Shown one piece after another: positions 44,445 through 57,300 of a stretch of 64,000 bases of DNA. The notes under the pieces were generated by a model that was not told the DNA's origin, did no database searches, and saw only the letters and a program-made list of their open reading frames with translations. A program made the position numbers and the translations under genes. Within the stretch, counting starts at the first letter, position 1, and every line of letters starts with the position of its first letter. Source of the DNA: Neodothiora populina (taxonomy: Eukaryota); the NCBI RefSeq assembly GCF_041146345.1, contig NW_027191409.1, positions 806,001 through 870,000 of the forward strand, in the 5' to 3' direction.

Positions 44445-47070
44445 ATGGATCAAATATACCCCTACAATGATTACAGCGATCATATCGTCAAAACACGAGA
44501 GACGACGATACAGATCGTCCTGTCTTTGGCTCTCGGTGTTTTCGCCTTTCTGACCTTCTGTGTGAGTTCTGATCGACTGTACCTGATCACCCGGCGAGTC
44601 AGAACAAAAGCTGACTGAGCTTTCCAACAGCTACTGCGTCCCAGATGGAGCGGACTCTACGCTGCACGCAAGAGGCAGACGGACAGATCATCCGCCCTGC
44701 CAGAGCTTCCATCGACTTTCTTCGGATGGATTGTACCTTTGTGGAGGATCACTGACCAGCAGGTCCTGGCCTCGGCGGGACTCGATGCATACGTCTTTCT
44801 GGCCTTCTTCAAGATGGCCATCAAGTTCTTGTCCATCACTCTTTTCTTCTCGCTCGCCGTCATCAAGCCCGTCCACGACAGCTATCCTGACGATGACAAG
44901 CCTGGCCACAAGAAGAACGGCACCCAAGACGATGCCCTCTTCGTCCAGCAGTATGCGACTAACATCTCTCTCCACTCGCTACACGACTTCGCACCATGGG
45001 TGCCAGAGTACGTCGAGACAGATTACCTCTGGATGTACCCCGTCTTTGCCTACCTCTTCTCCATCATGGCACTCTACATGCTGGTCGCCGAAACCAGGAG
45101 AATCATCGAGGTCCGCCAGGAGTACCTGGGTAGTCAGACTACCATCACCGACAGGACGATCCGGCTATCGGGCATTCCCGAGAGCCTGCAAGCCGAAGAC
45201 AAGATCAAGGACTTCATCGAGGAGCTGGGCATTGGCAAAGTAGAGAGTGTCACGCTCTGCAGAGACTGGAAAGAACTGGACGAGGCTGTCGTGCATCGTA
45301 ACGTGCTGCTTCGGAAGTTGGAGGAGGCTTGGACTGTCTACCTGGGTCATCGCACTGTCGAGCGCAATCTCGAGTCTCTGCCAATAACTCAGCCTTCTCC
45401 ACCCGGACCTACTGTCGATGGTGATACCGACCACGACGAGACACGCACGGCATTGCTTTCTCACGACACACAAGCTGCCGCCGTGCCATACGCTAGAACT
45501 CGTCCCATGGCAAAGCTCCGCTACGGTCGCTTCGGCTGGAATAGCAAGAGCGTGGATGCGATCGACTATTACGAAGAGAAGCTGAGAGGCGTCGATGAGA
45601 AAATCACTGATCTTCGCCAGAAGGACTTCAAACCGACCCCGCTGGCTTTTGTTACCATGGACTCGGTAGCTGCTTGTCAGATGGCCTCCCAGGCTGTTCT
45701 GAACCCATCTCCTCTCCAATTACTTGCCAACCCCAGCCCGGCTCCCGCTGATGTTATCTGGCCGAATACCTATATCACTCGGCGCAAACGCATGTTCCGC
45801 GCCTGGTCGATCACTGTTTTTATTGGTCTGCTGACCATCTTCTGGTCCTTCATCCTCGTTCCCATCGCCACCGCTCTGAATACCGACACCATCAAGAAGG
45901 TCTTTCCTGGGCTGGCCAAGAGCCTCAAGGAGCACCCTACCGCGAATTCACTTGTCACCACCCAATTGCCGACCTTGATCATCTCGCTGCTCAACGTGGC
46001 AGTTCCATACCTTTACGCGTGGCTCGCTACTCTGCAGGGAATGACATCGCAAGGAGACGTTGAGCTGTCCGTCATCTCCAAAAACTTCTTCTTCACTTTC
46101 TTCAACTTCTTCATCGTTTTCACCGTGTTGGGAACGGCGTCGAACTTCTTGCAGGACCTGCAAAAGATTGGAGACTCATTGAAAGATGCCACGCTCATTG
46201 CTTACACCTTGGCTGAGTCGCTTCAAAGATTGCTCACTTTCTATGTCAACTTTATCATTCTTCAAGGTATTGGTCTGTTCCCATTCCGACTCCTTGAGTT
46301 CGGAAGCGTGGCTACCTATCCGATCGGCTTGATGGGCGCGAAAACCCCAAGAGACTACGCCGAACTAGTACAGCCGCCGACATTCAGCTACGGATTCTAT
46401 CTTCCTCAGACCATCTTGATCTTCGTCATCTGTGTCGTCTACAGCGTCCTCCGTGAGAGTTGGATGGTCATCCTGTCTGGCCTGATCTACTTCCTCATCG
46501 GAAGTTACGTCTACAAGTACCAGTTGCTATATGCCATGGATCATCGTCAGCACTCTACCGGACGTGCGTGGGTAATGATATGCGATCGCTTCATCGTTGG
46601 TATCATTCTCTTCCAGATCACTGTCGGAGGCCAACTTGCTTTGAAGAAGGCACTGATCAGAAGTGCTTTACTCATACCATTACTTGTTGGCACAATCTGG
46701 TTCACCGTGGTCTATGCCAGGACTTACAGACCCCTGATGAAATTCATCGCGCTGCGAAGCATCCGAAGAGCAGAGCAATCCGATTACAACAGAGCTGATG
46801 ACACTGACGACGATGGTAACGAGCGCTATGATTCCGAAACTCATCACGGCACTACAGTCGATGAATCTCGAGAGTCGGGCATGCGCTTTGTCAATCCAAG
46901 TCTCATCGCACCGTAAGTTTATATTCGCTTATGCCACGCATATTTCAGGAACTCGCTGACCGCTGAAACACAGACTTGAGCCCGTATGGATTGCGGACAA
47001 AAATGGAGTGACCGAGAACGGTAATGGTAGACACGCTACCAATGGAATGCGAGGCGATGAACTTGCATAG
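44445..47070 (+). CDS. CSC1/OSCA/TMEM63 (Rsn1-like) calcium-permeable stress-gated channel, 3 exons
   Basis: Exon 1 TM ...LALGVFAFLTFC|LLRPRWSGLYAAR; AGLDAYVFLAFFKM, TDRTIRLSGIP, AFVTMDSV, PAPADVIWPN, YKYQLLYAM; final exon LEPVW...ELA*. Confidence 0.92.
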
Positions 47071-47638
47071 GTCTATCCTCACTCTCGCTTACACTCTTTC
47101 GTCTTTCTTCTCTCTTATTACCTCACGATTTGTAATGAGTCCCGACCTTGTTCTACGATTTTGTCCGAGTATATAACGCCGCTGATGTCGAATTGAGGGT
47201 CCTCGGTCGTGGCTGCCATTTGAGCATCCGCGGCTGCAGGATGCTTTCACCCCCAAAAACATGTACATAAACAACTGTCAAACTGAATCCACTACCTTAT
47301 ATATCCCTAATCCTAGACATCTTTTGCCCGCATTGCCGATAAGCGATTGACAATATTATTTTAGGTCCATCTACTAGCAACGGTTGTCGCAACCGGTCTC
47401 AATATTCAATACGTCTTCACTCTTCTTCCTCTCGCGAGGAGTAGCACTGACTACAGTAGATGCATCTACTAATCCAAGAAACAGCAGTGGTGATTCGTCT
47501 TTAGAACTTTCAGCAAGGGTGAATGGTGCTACATCCACGCAGGCGTCTCTCCATTCACCTGCACTTGGCTCCGTGAAGCATAAACTCGCTAGTCATCTCA
47601 GATTGCGATCGCTATGGCGGCTAAAAACGCAAGAATCC

Positions 47639-50600
47639 ATGCACAAGTCGCTGCAACTGGGTGTATCAATGATCGCTCATCGACAAAAGAGACAAATCTC
47701 CAGCGGCGAACAGAAAGCAATGTACCATGATGACATCCATATTGAACCTGTGCGCAGGTCTTCATTGGACACAACAGCGACGAGGTCAAGAAAACATCTG
47801 AGATTTGACATATTGTCACTGGCGAGAGGTCGAGCTCAGCGGAAGCGTTCAGCTATTCGTGCCATGAACATTATCATCCATCCGAAGCGGCCGGCCATCC
47901 ACATCGCACCAGCCTCGCGACAGAACCTTGTGTGTGACGGTCTTGAAAAGCCACCATCTGTGAAGTCGAACACCAACAGCAATATCGACGATGCTGGTGC
48001 GCAGCCCGATGTAGCCGGAGAAGAGTTCATGTTCAGCAGTCCAACGCTTGAGCATTTATCTAATGATTCCTGGCCAAGCTTACGAGTATCCCGTTCCTCT
48101 TACTCACTCCTGGAGCTCATGAACGCGCCCACTAGCTTGGACTGCGGCACCATCATCTTTGCAGGAATTACGAAACCCTTGCGATCTTCCACATCTGCTA
48201 TCCACCAGCTCAGCCCCCCAATGACGTTGTGTACCACTACGCCACATCGTGAAAGTACCACGAGCTTAACGATACACTTAGAACCACTGAATCGATCGAT
48301 CAGCTTGCCGCAATTTTCTCTGCAGCCATTGCCGTTTCTTCAGGTCACACCTCGGTGCCAATCCGCCCCTACTTCAATCAAAGCTCCAAGACCTACTGTC
48401 GATCTGAATGCAGCAACGCTTCTATCGGGAACTTTGCTCGACTCTCTGCTTATGTATCTGGATCGCGGTGGCTACAAGTCAGCTTGTCCAGCTCAGAGCA
48501 CCACTGAACCTGCTTCGAGCCATACACCAAAGCTTAGTGTATCATCTTTTCAAGGCATACCAACCGAGATCGTTCGCACTATCTTGGCCTACTTGTCTCC
48601 TCTCGACTTTGAGGCAGGAAGATCCTCTTGCGGCTCGTAGTTCGAAGCCAGTCTTGACTTGCACCTTCTTGTAGGCCAGCTGCGGCGTGGTGGATGGTGG
48701 CGTGCTGCTCAAGAGGACCTGCAGTCGATGCAGGATTCATTGGACACCTCAGCGAGCCATACGTTGGAGCATATACTCAGTCTCAGGCTCACGAAAGAGG
48801 CATCGCTAAGTGCACGAGTGAGTTTGGTCAATCAGTGGCCCGATCAATGTTCGCGGCACTCTTTCATGCAGTCGGCCAATGTGGACTTCTCACAACTCCA
48901 AATGACCCTTGGGGGCAAGGATCCTCGGAAGTTGCTATTCACCATCAGCAATTGCGGGCGGTTCTTGATCGTCGCAAGAGATAGACACATCTTCGTCTAC
49001 GCCTTATGGCTGAATGTACTGAGGCCGCTATGCAACATCTTGTGCCCTCGGCGAGTGCTCGCAATGAGCATGGATGCTGGGGGCAAGCAACACGTAGTTG
49101 CTGCACTGCTCGAAAGTCGTTGTGGCATATTGGCCGATCTAGCAGATCCTACAAGTATCTTCCAGACTACAAGTCTTCCAGGCCTGGATTTACTTCGCCA
49201 GCATTCATTGGAGAATGAAGAGACCATAGCCACCATGTCGATCGGTACACAGCTGCAAGACGCGCCATGGTCAGCATCAGAAGCGTCGCTGGGGAGGGCG
49301 TCACTCAGCGACGGTATACACGAAATGCAAGAGTCTACTGTCGACGAGAATCGCACTATACGTACAAGGAGCCAGCTACGAAGCGAGATACTGCCGTCGA
49401 GTCTCGTTTTCTTGTCACCTAACAGTCCTTATGAGACCAAGATTCCCTTCGTGACCTCTCCGAAGACCATCTACCGCCACTTGGGTGCTGAGTTCGACCC
49501 TCCGCTATCAGTCTCGATGTGTCCTTCACACGGATGCGTTGCATTTGGGTGTGCTGGAGGAATTGACCTCCGCTGGACAGATGCTGGAACCAAGCAAGAA
49601 CTCCACCGTTGGTTCCCTTCAACGACGCAGGCTGACTTTTTGTACTTTTGTCCACCACGAGACGGTGTCGAGTCAGCCACTGATTTTCGCATCATCAGTA
49701 GTCCGGCATGTGGGCATGGCGAACGGCACAGAATGAAGAAGTTTGCAAGGCGGGCATCACATGGCCTCGTCAGTATACTCGGTGGCACGTTTACTAGTAA
49801 TTCGTCCACCTACGACGCGGTATACACAGAACCTGTAGCACAACATGCGAAAAAGGCCAACGAAGAAGAGGAGCATCTGCGTGCTGTTCCTCTCAGTGAC
49901 GGTTATCATTATCTGTTTACTGATGCTGCGACGAATCTTTTATGTCTAGGTGGAGATGCACCTGTCGCTGGTCCCAAGACGCTGTCGCGGATGATCTACT
50001 TTGTACCCCCGAACGGGCTCAATATGGAAGAACAGCGAAGATCATCAACAGATGGAGCAGGTGTCGAATTGTCCAAACCGCCGCGGCCTACTATTTATTC
50101 CTCGGCTCCTGACTTGAGTCGTGGAGTCCGAGTCGTCGCTGCATACGACAAAGAAGTTGTCTTTTACTCTGTACCTAGTGATGTCTTCGGGCAATCATAC
50201 TCTGGTCCCCGTCATGACGATCAAGATGAAGAAGCAGAGAAAGCAAGAAAGCCAGAGTCGTCGGCAACAACTCTCCCACTCGACAACAATCTGCCCTCTG
50301 ACACAGCATGGCTAGATTGGCAGACCAACAACAATCCCGCTACATCGTGGTCTTTGCCACCCACCAAGCCCCACTGCTTCCCCATACACATCCACGGCAT
50401 ACGTGTGGGCCGCATGGAAGAAGCAGTCAGCGAAGTGGCGGTCCTGATGGATATGCAGACGGACGGCCGAGGAGAAGAGTCGTTTTCAGATGTGCATGTT
50501 TGGGGGTTCTCGTCTGGTATGCAGATGGGCGTCGCGTGGTGTTTGCGTGGTGGAGCTGTTGGTGTTGCTGCTGCTGCTGCTGCTGCTAGTGGAAAGGAAG

Positions 50601-50692
50601 AGTGTGAAGGGGGAGGACTGGTCAGGAGTGTCGTCAGGGTTGATGGTGGGTTCAGAACCCTTTCGTCGGGTTGCGTAGCAGGGGACGTATAA
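47639..50692 (+). CDS. F-box domain protein with beta-propeller-like C-terminus, interrupted by one in-frame TAG (48638-48640); start uncertain (frame open from at least 47384)
   Basis: ORFs 47384-48640 and 48659-50692 share one frame: GIPTEIVRTILAYLSPLDFEAGRSSCGS*FEASLDLHLLVGQLRRGGW. Downstream blocks DPPLSVSMCP..CVAFGC..GI.L.W, RWFP, RAVPLSDGYH, GVRVVAAY. Confidence 0.75.
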
Positions 50693-51013
50693 CTCCCTGT
50701 CATGTTCTCTCCTATGCTGGTATGTCTGAATTTGACCCTATGATCATCTCTTTCTTTTGATTGTTTTCTGCATCGTGAAGTGCCCGTATCAGTAAATAGT
50801 TACATGACTTTTTCTTGAAAAGCGTACAGAAAGCAAGAGACGGACAGTGATATATACAAGATGAAACGAAATTCATATACAATTTTCACATGCTATGCTA
50901 TGACATGATGCACACATCGCTCAAGGTAACAATTAGAAAGATAGTATATACCTGAAGCATTTCCCCTCTTTCTATCTGCTTTCAATTGCTTGAAGCTGAC
51001 GAAACACAGAGCC

Positions 51014-54000
51014 TCACGCATCCAAGACGACCCGTCTCTTTTTCTTTTTCGTCGTTGTCGTCGTCGTCGTCGTCTCTGGTATGTCATCTGCATCTGCATC
51101 TGCATCTGCATCTGTCGTAGTCGTCGTCGTCGACTTTTTTTTTCTTCTTCGTCTTGGGTTTCTCTTCTCCTGCGTCTTCTCCGTCATCTTCTTCGTCTGC
51201 AGTTTTCTTGTGCTTAATCTTTTTCGTCTTCTTCTTAGTAGGCTTTTCTTCGTCGTTTTCAGCGATATCGTTCGCCTCTTCTTGGGCCTCCGCAGCAGCT
51301 TCGGCAGCAGCATCAGCAGGTCTCCTCTTCTTCTTTCTCCGGACGACCTTCGTGCCCTCGTCCGTGACGCCCTCGGCCTTTTCCACCAACAATCTCTCAT
51401 GAGCACGTTGCATCTCGGCTCGCGCTCGCTCGATCTCCTTCATCGCGAGCGCCATTTCCTCGGCTTCCTTTTCGGCTTGCTCGATGCTTGTGGGGTTATC
51501 GGCTGAGTCATCGTTGTCGAGCAGGGACAGGCGCGAGAGACCGGATGAGTCGACTTCGAGGAGGGATTTCTTGGTTCGGCTTGCTAGGGAGGAGGCGGTG
51601 TTGGAGTGGTTGTCGAGGAGGTGGGCTGAGGGACGTGTTGTGGCATCGTTGTTGTCGCCTATGGTTTCTTCGGCAGCGATTTCTACTTGCACGCGTCTTT
51701 TACTTGGTTTGTTCGCTTTGTGTTTCGAGGGCTTTGGCTCGGTCGCGTTGCTGTCCAATTGGAGGTCCATGATCGGGATTGCGTCGATGTCAAGTTCTTC
51801 GCCGTTGCTTGATTTCAGTATATTGTGCAGAGGTGTGGAAGTGCCGGATGTCTTTTCTGAAGAATCGATGTAGAAAGGATCGTCGCGGTAGCGTGCTGCT
51901 CTCTCCGCCTTTTTCTTTGCGATTGCTTCGGCGTCGAGAGTTCGATCGGGTCTCTCATCCTGGTATGAGCTAGATTTGCTGTTGTTGTTCGTGCCGGGCT
52001 CTAATAGATCCGCTGCTGCTGTCGGCTGTGTGGATAGGAAAGCAGAGGGCTTCTCAAAGTAGAATTTCGTGGCTTGATCGTCGTCTGCAAAAGCATCTTC
52101 ATCTTCGTAGTCCGCTTGCGACAGCAGGGTCTGCAAGTTGTCATTGATTGGCGTGTCAAGGTCAAGTCCTTCTGTCAGAGGCACTTTGAAGAGAGCACCG
52201 ATCGCCACGGGATTGAGCTCCATGCCCATGAAGAGTGAGGGCAGGGCCTGTGTGAGCAACAAAGGTGCATCGGCGGAACCCTCGTCTGGCGTCTCGGTGG
52301 CATGCCCCGACACAGCTTCAGAAGTGACGCGCATGACCTCTAAATACTCAACGGCGCGCTCCTGAACTTCCAGATTGGGATGTTGCACCAGTGGCTCAAG
52401 AAAGTGGATGATGCGGGCCATGAGCAGAGCGGTCTGAGACTTTCGAGAATCCGTCCAGGAGCGCTGTTGACTCGACGTCAGACGCACAAAGACCTTAGGT
52501 ACGGCTTGTACAAAGATCGTAAGAACGCCGGCAGGCAATTGGGTACTCGATGAGTGCGTAAGTGAAGTGAGGAACGCTTGAGGGTCAGGCAAAAGGTCGG
52601 GGTATTCTCCTCCAATCCAGGCAGCATATTCTAACACGTTAAGCGCTCCGTTACCAGAGGCAGGAAATAGATCTTGTCTGCGCTCGATGAGCACCAAGGA
52701 CTGGGCGGCTGCAACTGCTTCTGGTCTCACGCTCTTCACGCGAACGGCAACGTTGCGCAGCTCGGTTCCAAGAGTGTCTGCGACAGTGTGCGTAGCGTCG
52801 TCCTCGTTATCGGACGATGTTGCAGGGCAGTGCCTCACGAGATCCACAAGAACGCCTATATACCACTCGAAGTCGCTGATATTGGAGTATGTGTCGCGGG
52901 AGCACATCTGAAGGATCCTCTCAATGACGCTAATCCTGTAGTCCTCGGGTAGTGGCGGCATGTCGTTGGACCTCTCTCTATTCTTCCTCAGCGAAGCCCC
53001 AGCCTGTTCGTCATCCATCTCCCCTGATGGTACTACACCTTCATGCAAAGCACGGTCGTTTTGCGGGTCATCCGTGATGTCTGGTTCGGTGGCTTCTCTC
53101 AACTGGCGGAGGAGTCGCTCAACAATAGACATTAAATTGTTGGGGTCGACCATTCCAGTCACCAGCTCCAGAGCGCGGGTTCGAATGGAGATGTCCGGAT
53201 CATCAATACACTCGACAATGACATCCTGGTGCTGGGCCACAAGCTGAGGATGTGAGCCAACAATCTTGGTGAAGGCCAGCAAGGCAACGTATTTCACTGC
53301 GATCAAGTTAGTGGATAACATTGTACAATCACCAATCTGCTTACAATTCGGGTCGCCTTCGACCACAAGCATGCCTCTGAGCTTTCCAACACAAAGTCGA
53401 GCAATGCTGTCGCCCTCGGTGGTCCCTGCGGCAGTCTCAAGGATACCACCCTGGATGATGCCGTTTATACACTCGTACAGTAAACTCATAGCGGGTGTAG
53501 ACTCGATGAGTTGAGTGAGTGGGGGAAGCAGTTTCTTGATTAGTCGAGGTTCCAAAGGAGTCAAAGCGGCAAAGAGTTTAATGATCTTGATGGCCATCCA
53601 GTTGTTTGTGCCCTGTACAAGCAATTCGAACAAACGCGGCGCCAAAGGCAAGAAATCCTGCGGCCGCCTCCACCCCAACTCGCAGACAACATTTATTATG
53701 GCAGCAGTGACGCTGGAATCTTCGTTCTCGTCCTGCAAACGTTCCTTCATGCGTGGCCATGCCGGTCGCAGTGTCTCAGGGTACACCAACGCCAATCGAT
53801 ATAGCGTCACAATAGTCTTTTTCCTGATGGCGGGAGAAGAGTGAGTCAGTCGTGGTAGCAGGTCCGTCAGTAAAGAATTAGCCATAGGTGGATTGATTAT
53901 ATGCGGTACAGTCACGAGTGGAAGAATGATGATGTTCTTGTCCACACTCGAGAGATCCTATGGATGCGCAGTCAGAATACAAGCTCAGCTTCTCAGTGGT

Positions 54001-54333
54001 CAGTCTCGCACCTGCCTTTTTCAACAGATTCTCAGCCAACATGAGAACCTCGGTGTCTGGGCGGAAGGACTGCACGGCGCCCAAGTATCCTATCCGCTTT
54101 TGGTGGTATTTTTGCGAGGACATGACTTCGAGGACATTGAAAGAAGCCCAGGACATGTCATGACCGAACATCTCAAGATAGATGAGCTTGAGAAGGGCGG
54201 TGGCCTTCTGGTCCATGTCCGGACTCCTGATCTCTTTGCGGCATTCTTTGATGCTTTCTTGGATGTATTCCCGTTCATTGCCCTTGTGGTTCCGTAGGCC
54301 ACGGATGAGCGAGTAAAGGTCCTTCTCGAACAT
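51014..54333 (-). CDS. APL5: AP-3 adaptor complex subunit delta (3 exons); stop at 51084 as assembled, or 51014 if the A9 run is one base too long
   Basis: MFEKDLYSLIRGLRNHKG...KATALLKLIYLEMFGHDMSWASF.VLEVMSS..KRIGYL; NNWMAIKIIKLF..LTPLEPRL; DDPDISIR..AL; LEVQERA; ELNPVA; DDPFYI. Confidence 0.94.
51050..51143 (+). repeat. Compound microsatellite: (CGT)n, (CTGCAT)n, (CGT)n and T9 at the APL5 3' end
   Basis: Seen directly. Confidence 0.85.
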
Positions 54334-57300
54334 TCTGGACTTAACGGTCCTTCCTGAGAGGAAATATGCCTGGAGTGAGGCGTAGTAGCTGCTGTCAGTC
54401 GCCAGTAGCTACCTTAGGTAGGTTAAGAGAGAAGTGCAAGTTGGCGGTCCAGGTCGGTAGAGGTGCAGTATGACTTCATCCTAATCCCAGCATCTTTCTG
54501 TCAATATAATCCACGTCTATACAAGCATTTCCAAGGTGCACGTGTCCTGGAAATTTAGGTTGTAGAGATGCCCCTCCTAGATACCTTATACAATAACATG
54601 AGTCCAGCACGGAAAGCACGACTTCGTCATTCACCCACCGCCGCATCGCGACTTGTTTGTACCAAGCGGAATCGGCGGGATCTGTGGTGGGGCAGCGGTG
54701 CGGTGTGGTAACGCCAAGCGCGATTTCCGCTGTCAGGCCTCAGATACCGCAAACAAGTACCCTATGTCCTTCACCTTGCCTCCCGCCTGAGATAAATAAG
54801 GTAAGGGTTCCGCTGAGGCATCTTTCAAGGCACCCTCCAAGGCATTCAGGGGCCGGGCCGACTCAGGCATTCCCCGGCTCCGCTCAATCGACAATGTACT
54901 TCGAACTGCTACCGCGCCTGGACCACCTAGGCTGATCTGAGTCATGGATTAACGCGATCAGTCTATCATGCGAAACGGTTGAAATGCAAGACCACACCTA
55001 GCTTAACGGCATTAACGGTCGCAGATGGTGACAGTCCGTCAATACTTACAGAAGTAACCAAGTAACCCAATATCCCCATGTCACACCCAATGACGGAAAA
55101 TCTAATCGAGGGGGGTTTTCCACAATTGACCGTCCTAGCCTTGCTCGTACACACTCAGTACTTTCGGTTTCATCTCATCTCGATTTGTGCCCTTGTGATT
55201 CGCATTACCAAGTGCGGAATGTAACCGCGAACACGAGATTGACCGACTAAGTGGGACCCTTTTCATCTGGCATTTTGGTTCCGGGATTCGACTGCCTTTG
55301 GATCTTCCTGTTCATGCAAGAGTCGCTATGACTTTTCTTGTGATTGTGGCTTGCCAATTTCTCTCCGCCCTGTCTGTAGATTGAGATCTCACCGGTCATA
55401 TCAACCTCACATCTCATTCGCTGACACTGCTTGTTGGGCTTTCCCTAAGAGGTATGCGTCCTGTCGTCGCTGCAGCTGACAATTACAACGGAACCCCGGA
55501 CTGGACTGTGCGTGCCATGTCGGATAGACATACTGCTAACACACGGTAGCACGGTCTGTCAAAAGAGACAACTGCATGCATATCCGATAAAGAAATATAT
55601 ATCACTGTGCAATGAACCCTAGAGTCAACGGGCTTGCACCCCGATCACATACACACCAGGGAGCTGTGCATACTTTCGGCTTCCGGAGTCGTGATGCTCA
55701 ATCTGGCTTGGCATGTATATTACTTGGGGCAAGTCGGATCACGTTCGTGCAGTAGCTTGTTGATCCACTTTAGATGCAAGAATCGTTGGTCGCTTCCTCG
55801 ATGGTTGTACAAGCATACAATGTGCTCCCCCCGCGTCTGAGTCGTCCGAGATGATATAAGCGACGGAGAAATGACTTTTGTGGACACAAGTCGTTCGTGC
55901 AGACTGAATTAACACCTTATGTTGATTATTCATAAATGGTAGCCTAGTGGGAACCTCTGCTTGCTCAGTAAGGGTGCGCACGCTTGGATCTCTGCTCTGC
56001 TCAGCTCTGCCATCCGAAACTCGCTCCATTGATCTAGTACGGTCCTCGGCCCACACGACTGACTTGCGAGCAATATAATTTGGGCTTTCTTGCCGATGTG
56101 CAGTCATTGCAGATGATATGGGGTTGCGGACTGACCATCGTGCGCAGCGGTGCCTGAACATCCTTTTCGCTTTCCCCCACATGAAAATAAAATATGATCT
56201 GTGAATCCTTCGCTCGCGCGCTTAATCATAGCTTGAAAAGACACGCTGCACTTAAAATGTCACCTTGTATCAAGAATACAAACCCTGTGTATCGTCCAAC
56301 TTCCGAAAGTGTATCGACGAGTGCGCTTCACGACACACAAAATCTATGTGGATATGACAGCACGGCACCTAAGCACAGTGTTGCCGCGCAGTATAGTGCT
56401 AGTGGAGCCATATGCAGTACTTGTACTGCAGATTGCTGACCCTCATAAGGTGCGAGCCGAACCACTCATGTCGGAAAAATAAGGTAAGGTAACTACCACA
56501 GATGCCGATACATCTCATCGAAGCACACGACCAATCCTCGACGCTCTTGTCTGTACTTCTGCCGACCGGGATTGGTACAGCCTCGTGGGATGGGCCGCCT
56601 GCCGCGTACCAAACCCGGATTACAACTGGCAGCTGCCAGAAGGTCTCAGAACCACGGCTCTGGGCGGCTATGCGCAGCGGGATCATGTCTTGGATATGAT
56701 GATGATTTTTCTTTCTCGATTTATTGTAGAAAAACTCGGTGCAACGGCTGTCGGTCTTATTGCATCATACATGGAAAGCATATGCGTCGGGCATGCAGGC
56801 TGCAAATGAGCTGGCATGGTCTCCCCTTGTCTAATTTAGAAATGAGAAGCACGGCGGTGTATGAAACAATAATAGCAGCACAAGGCTCAAGTCGGTATAA
56901 CAACAAAGAAAGACCTTCACTTGGGGGAAAGGCAGCGCAATGTAGGTACCGTACCTGTGATCTGTTCGAATTTTTGGGCTGCGCCCCTGCGGAAAACCCA
57001 GGCGGCTCTTTCTCCCATAGTCCTGGAGGCGTTTGCCCTAGCTGAGTGAGCCCTTGCAATCCACCCATGACGATCGATGGGGTCTGACTTTTGCGCCATA
57101 TTTCGGAGAGTTACGGTCCCGATCCACTGCTCTGGCGAGGCCTAACGACGCCACCAAACTGATTCTGGCACGAGCAATGACTGGCTGCATCTTAGCTTTA
57201 CACCAGATACGGGCCGGGTTGGTCGACATCGCGTGTGGTCGAGAAGTCGTTAAGGTATGGCTCAAGCTTCAATTGCTCCGCTTTTACCTCTTTAACCCCC

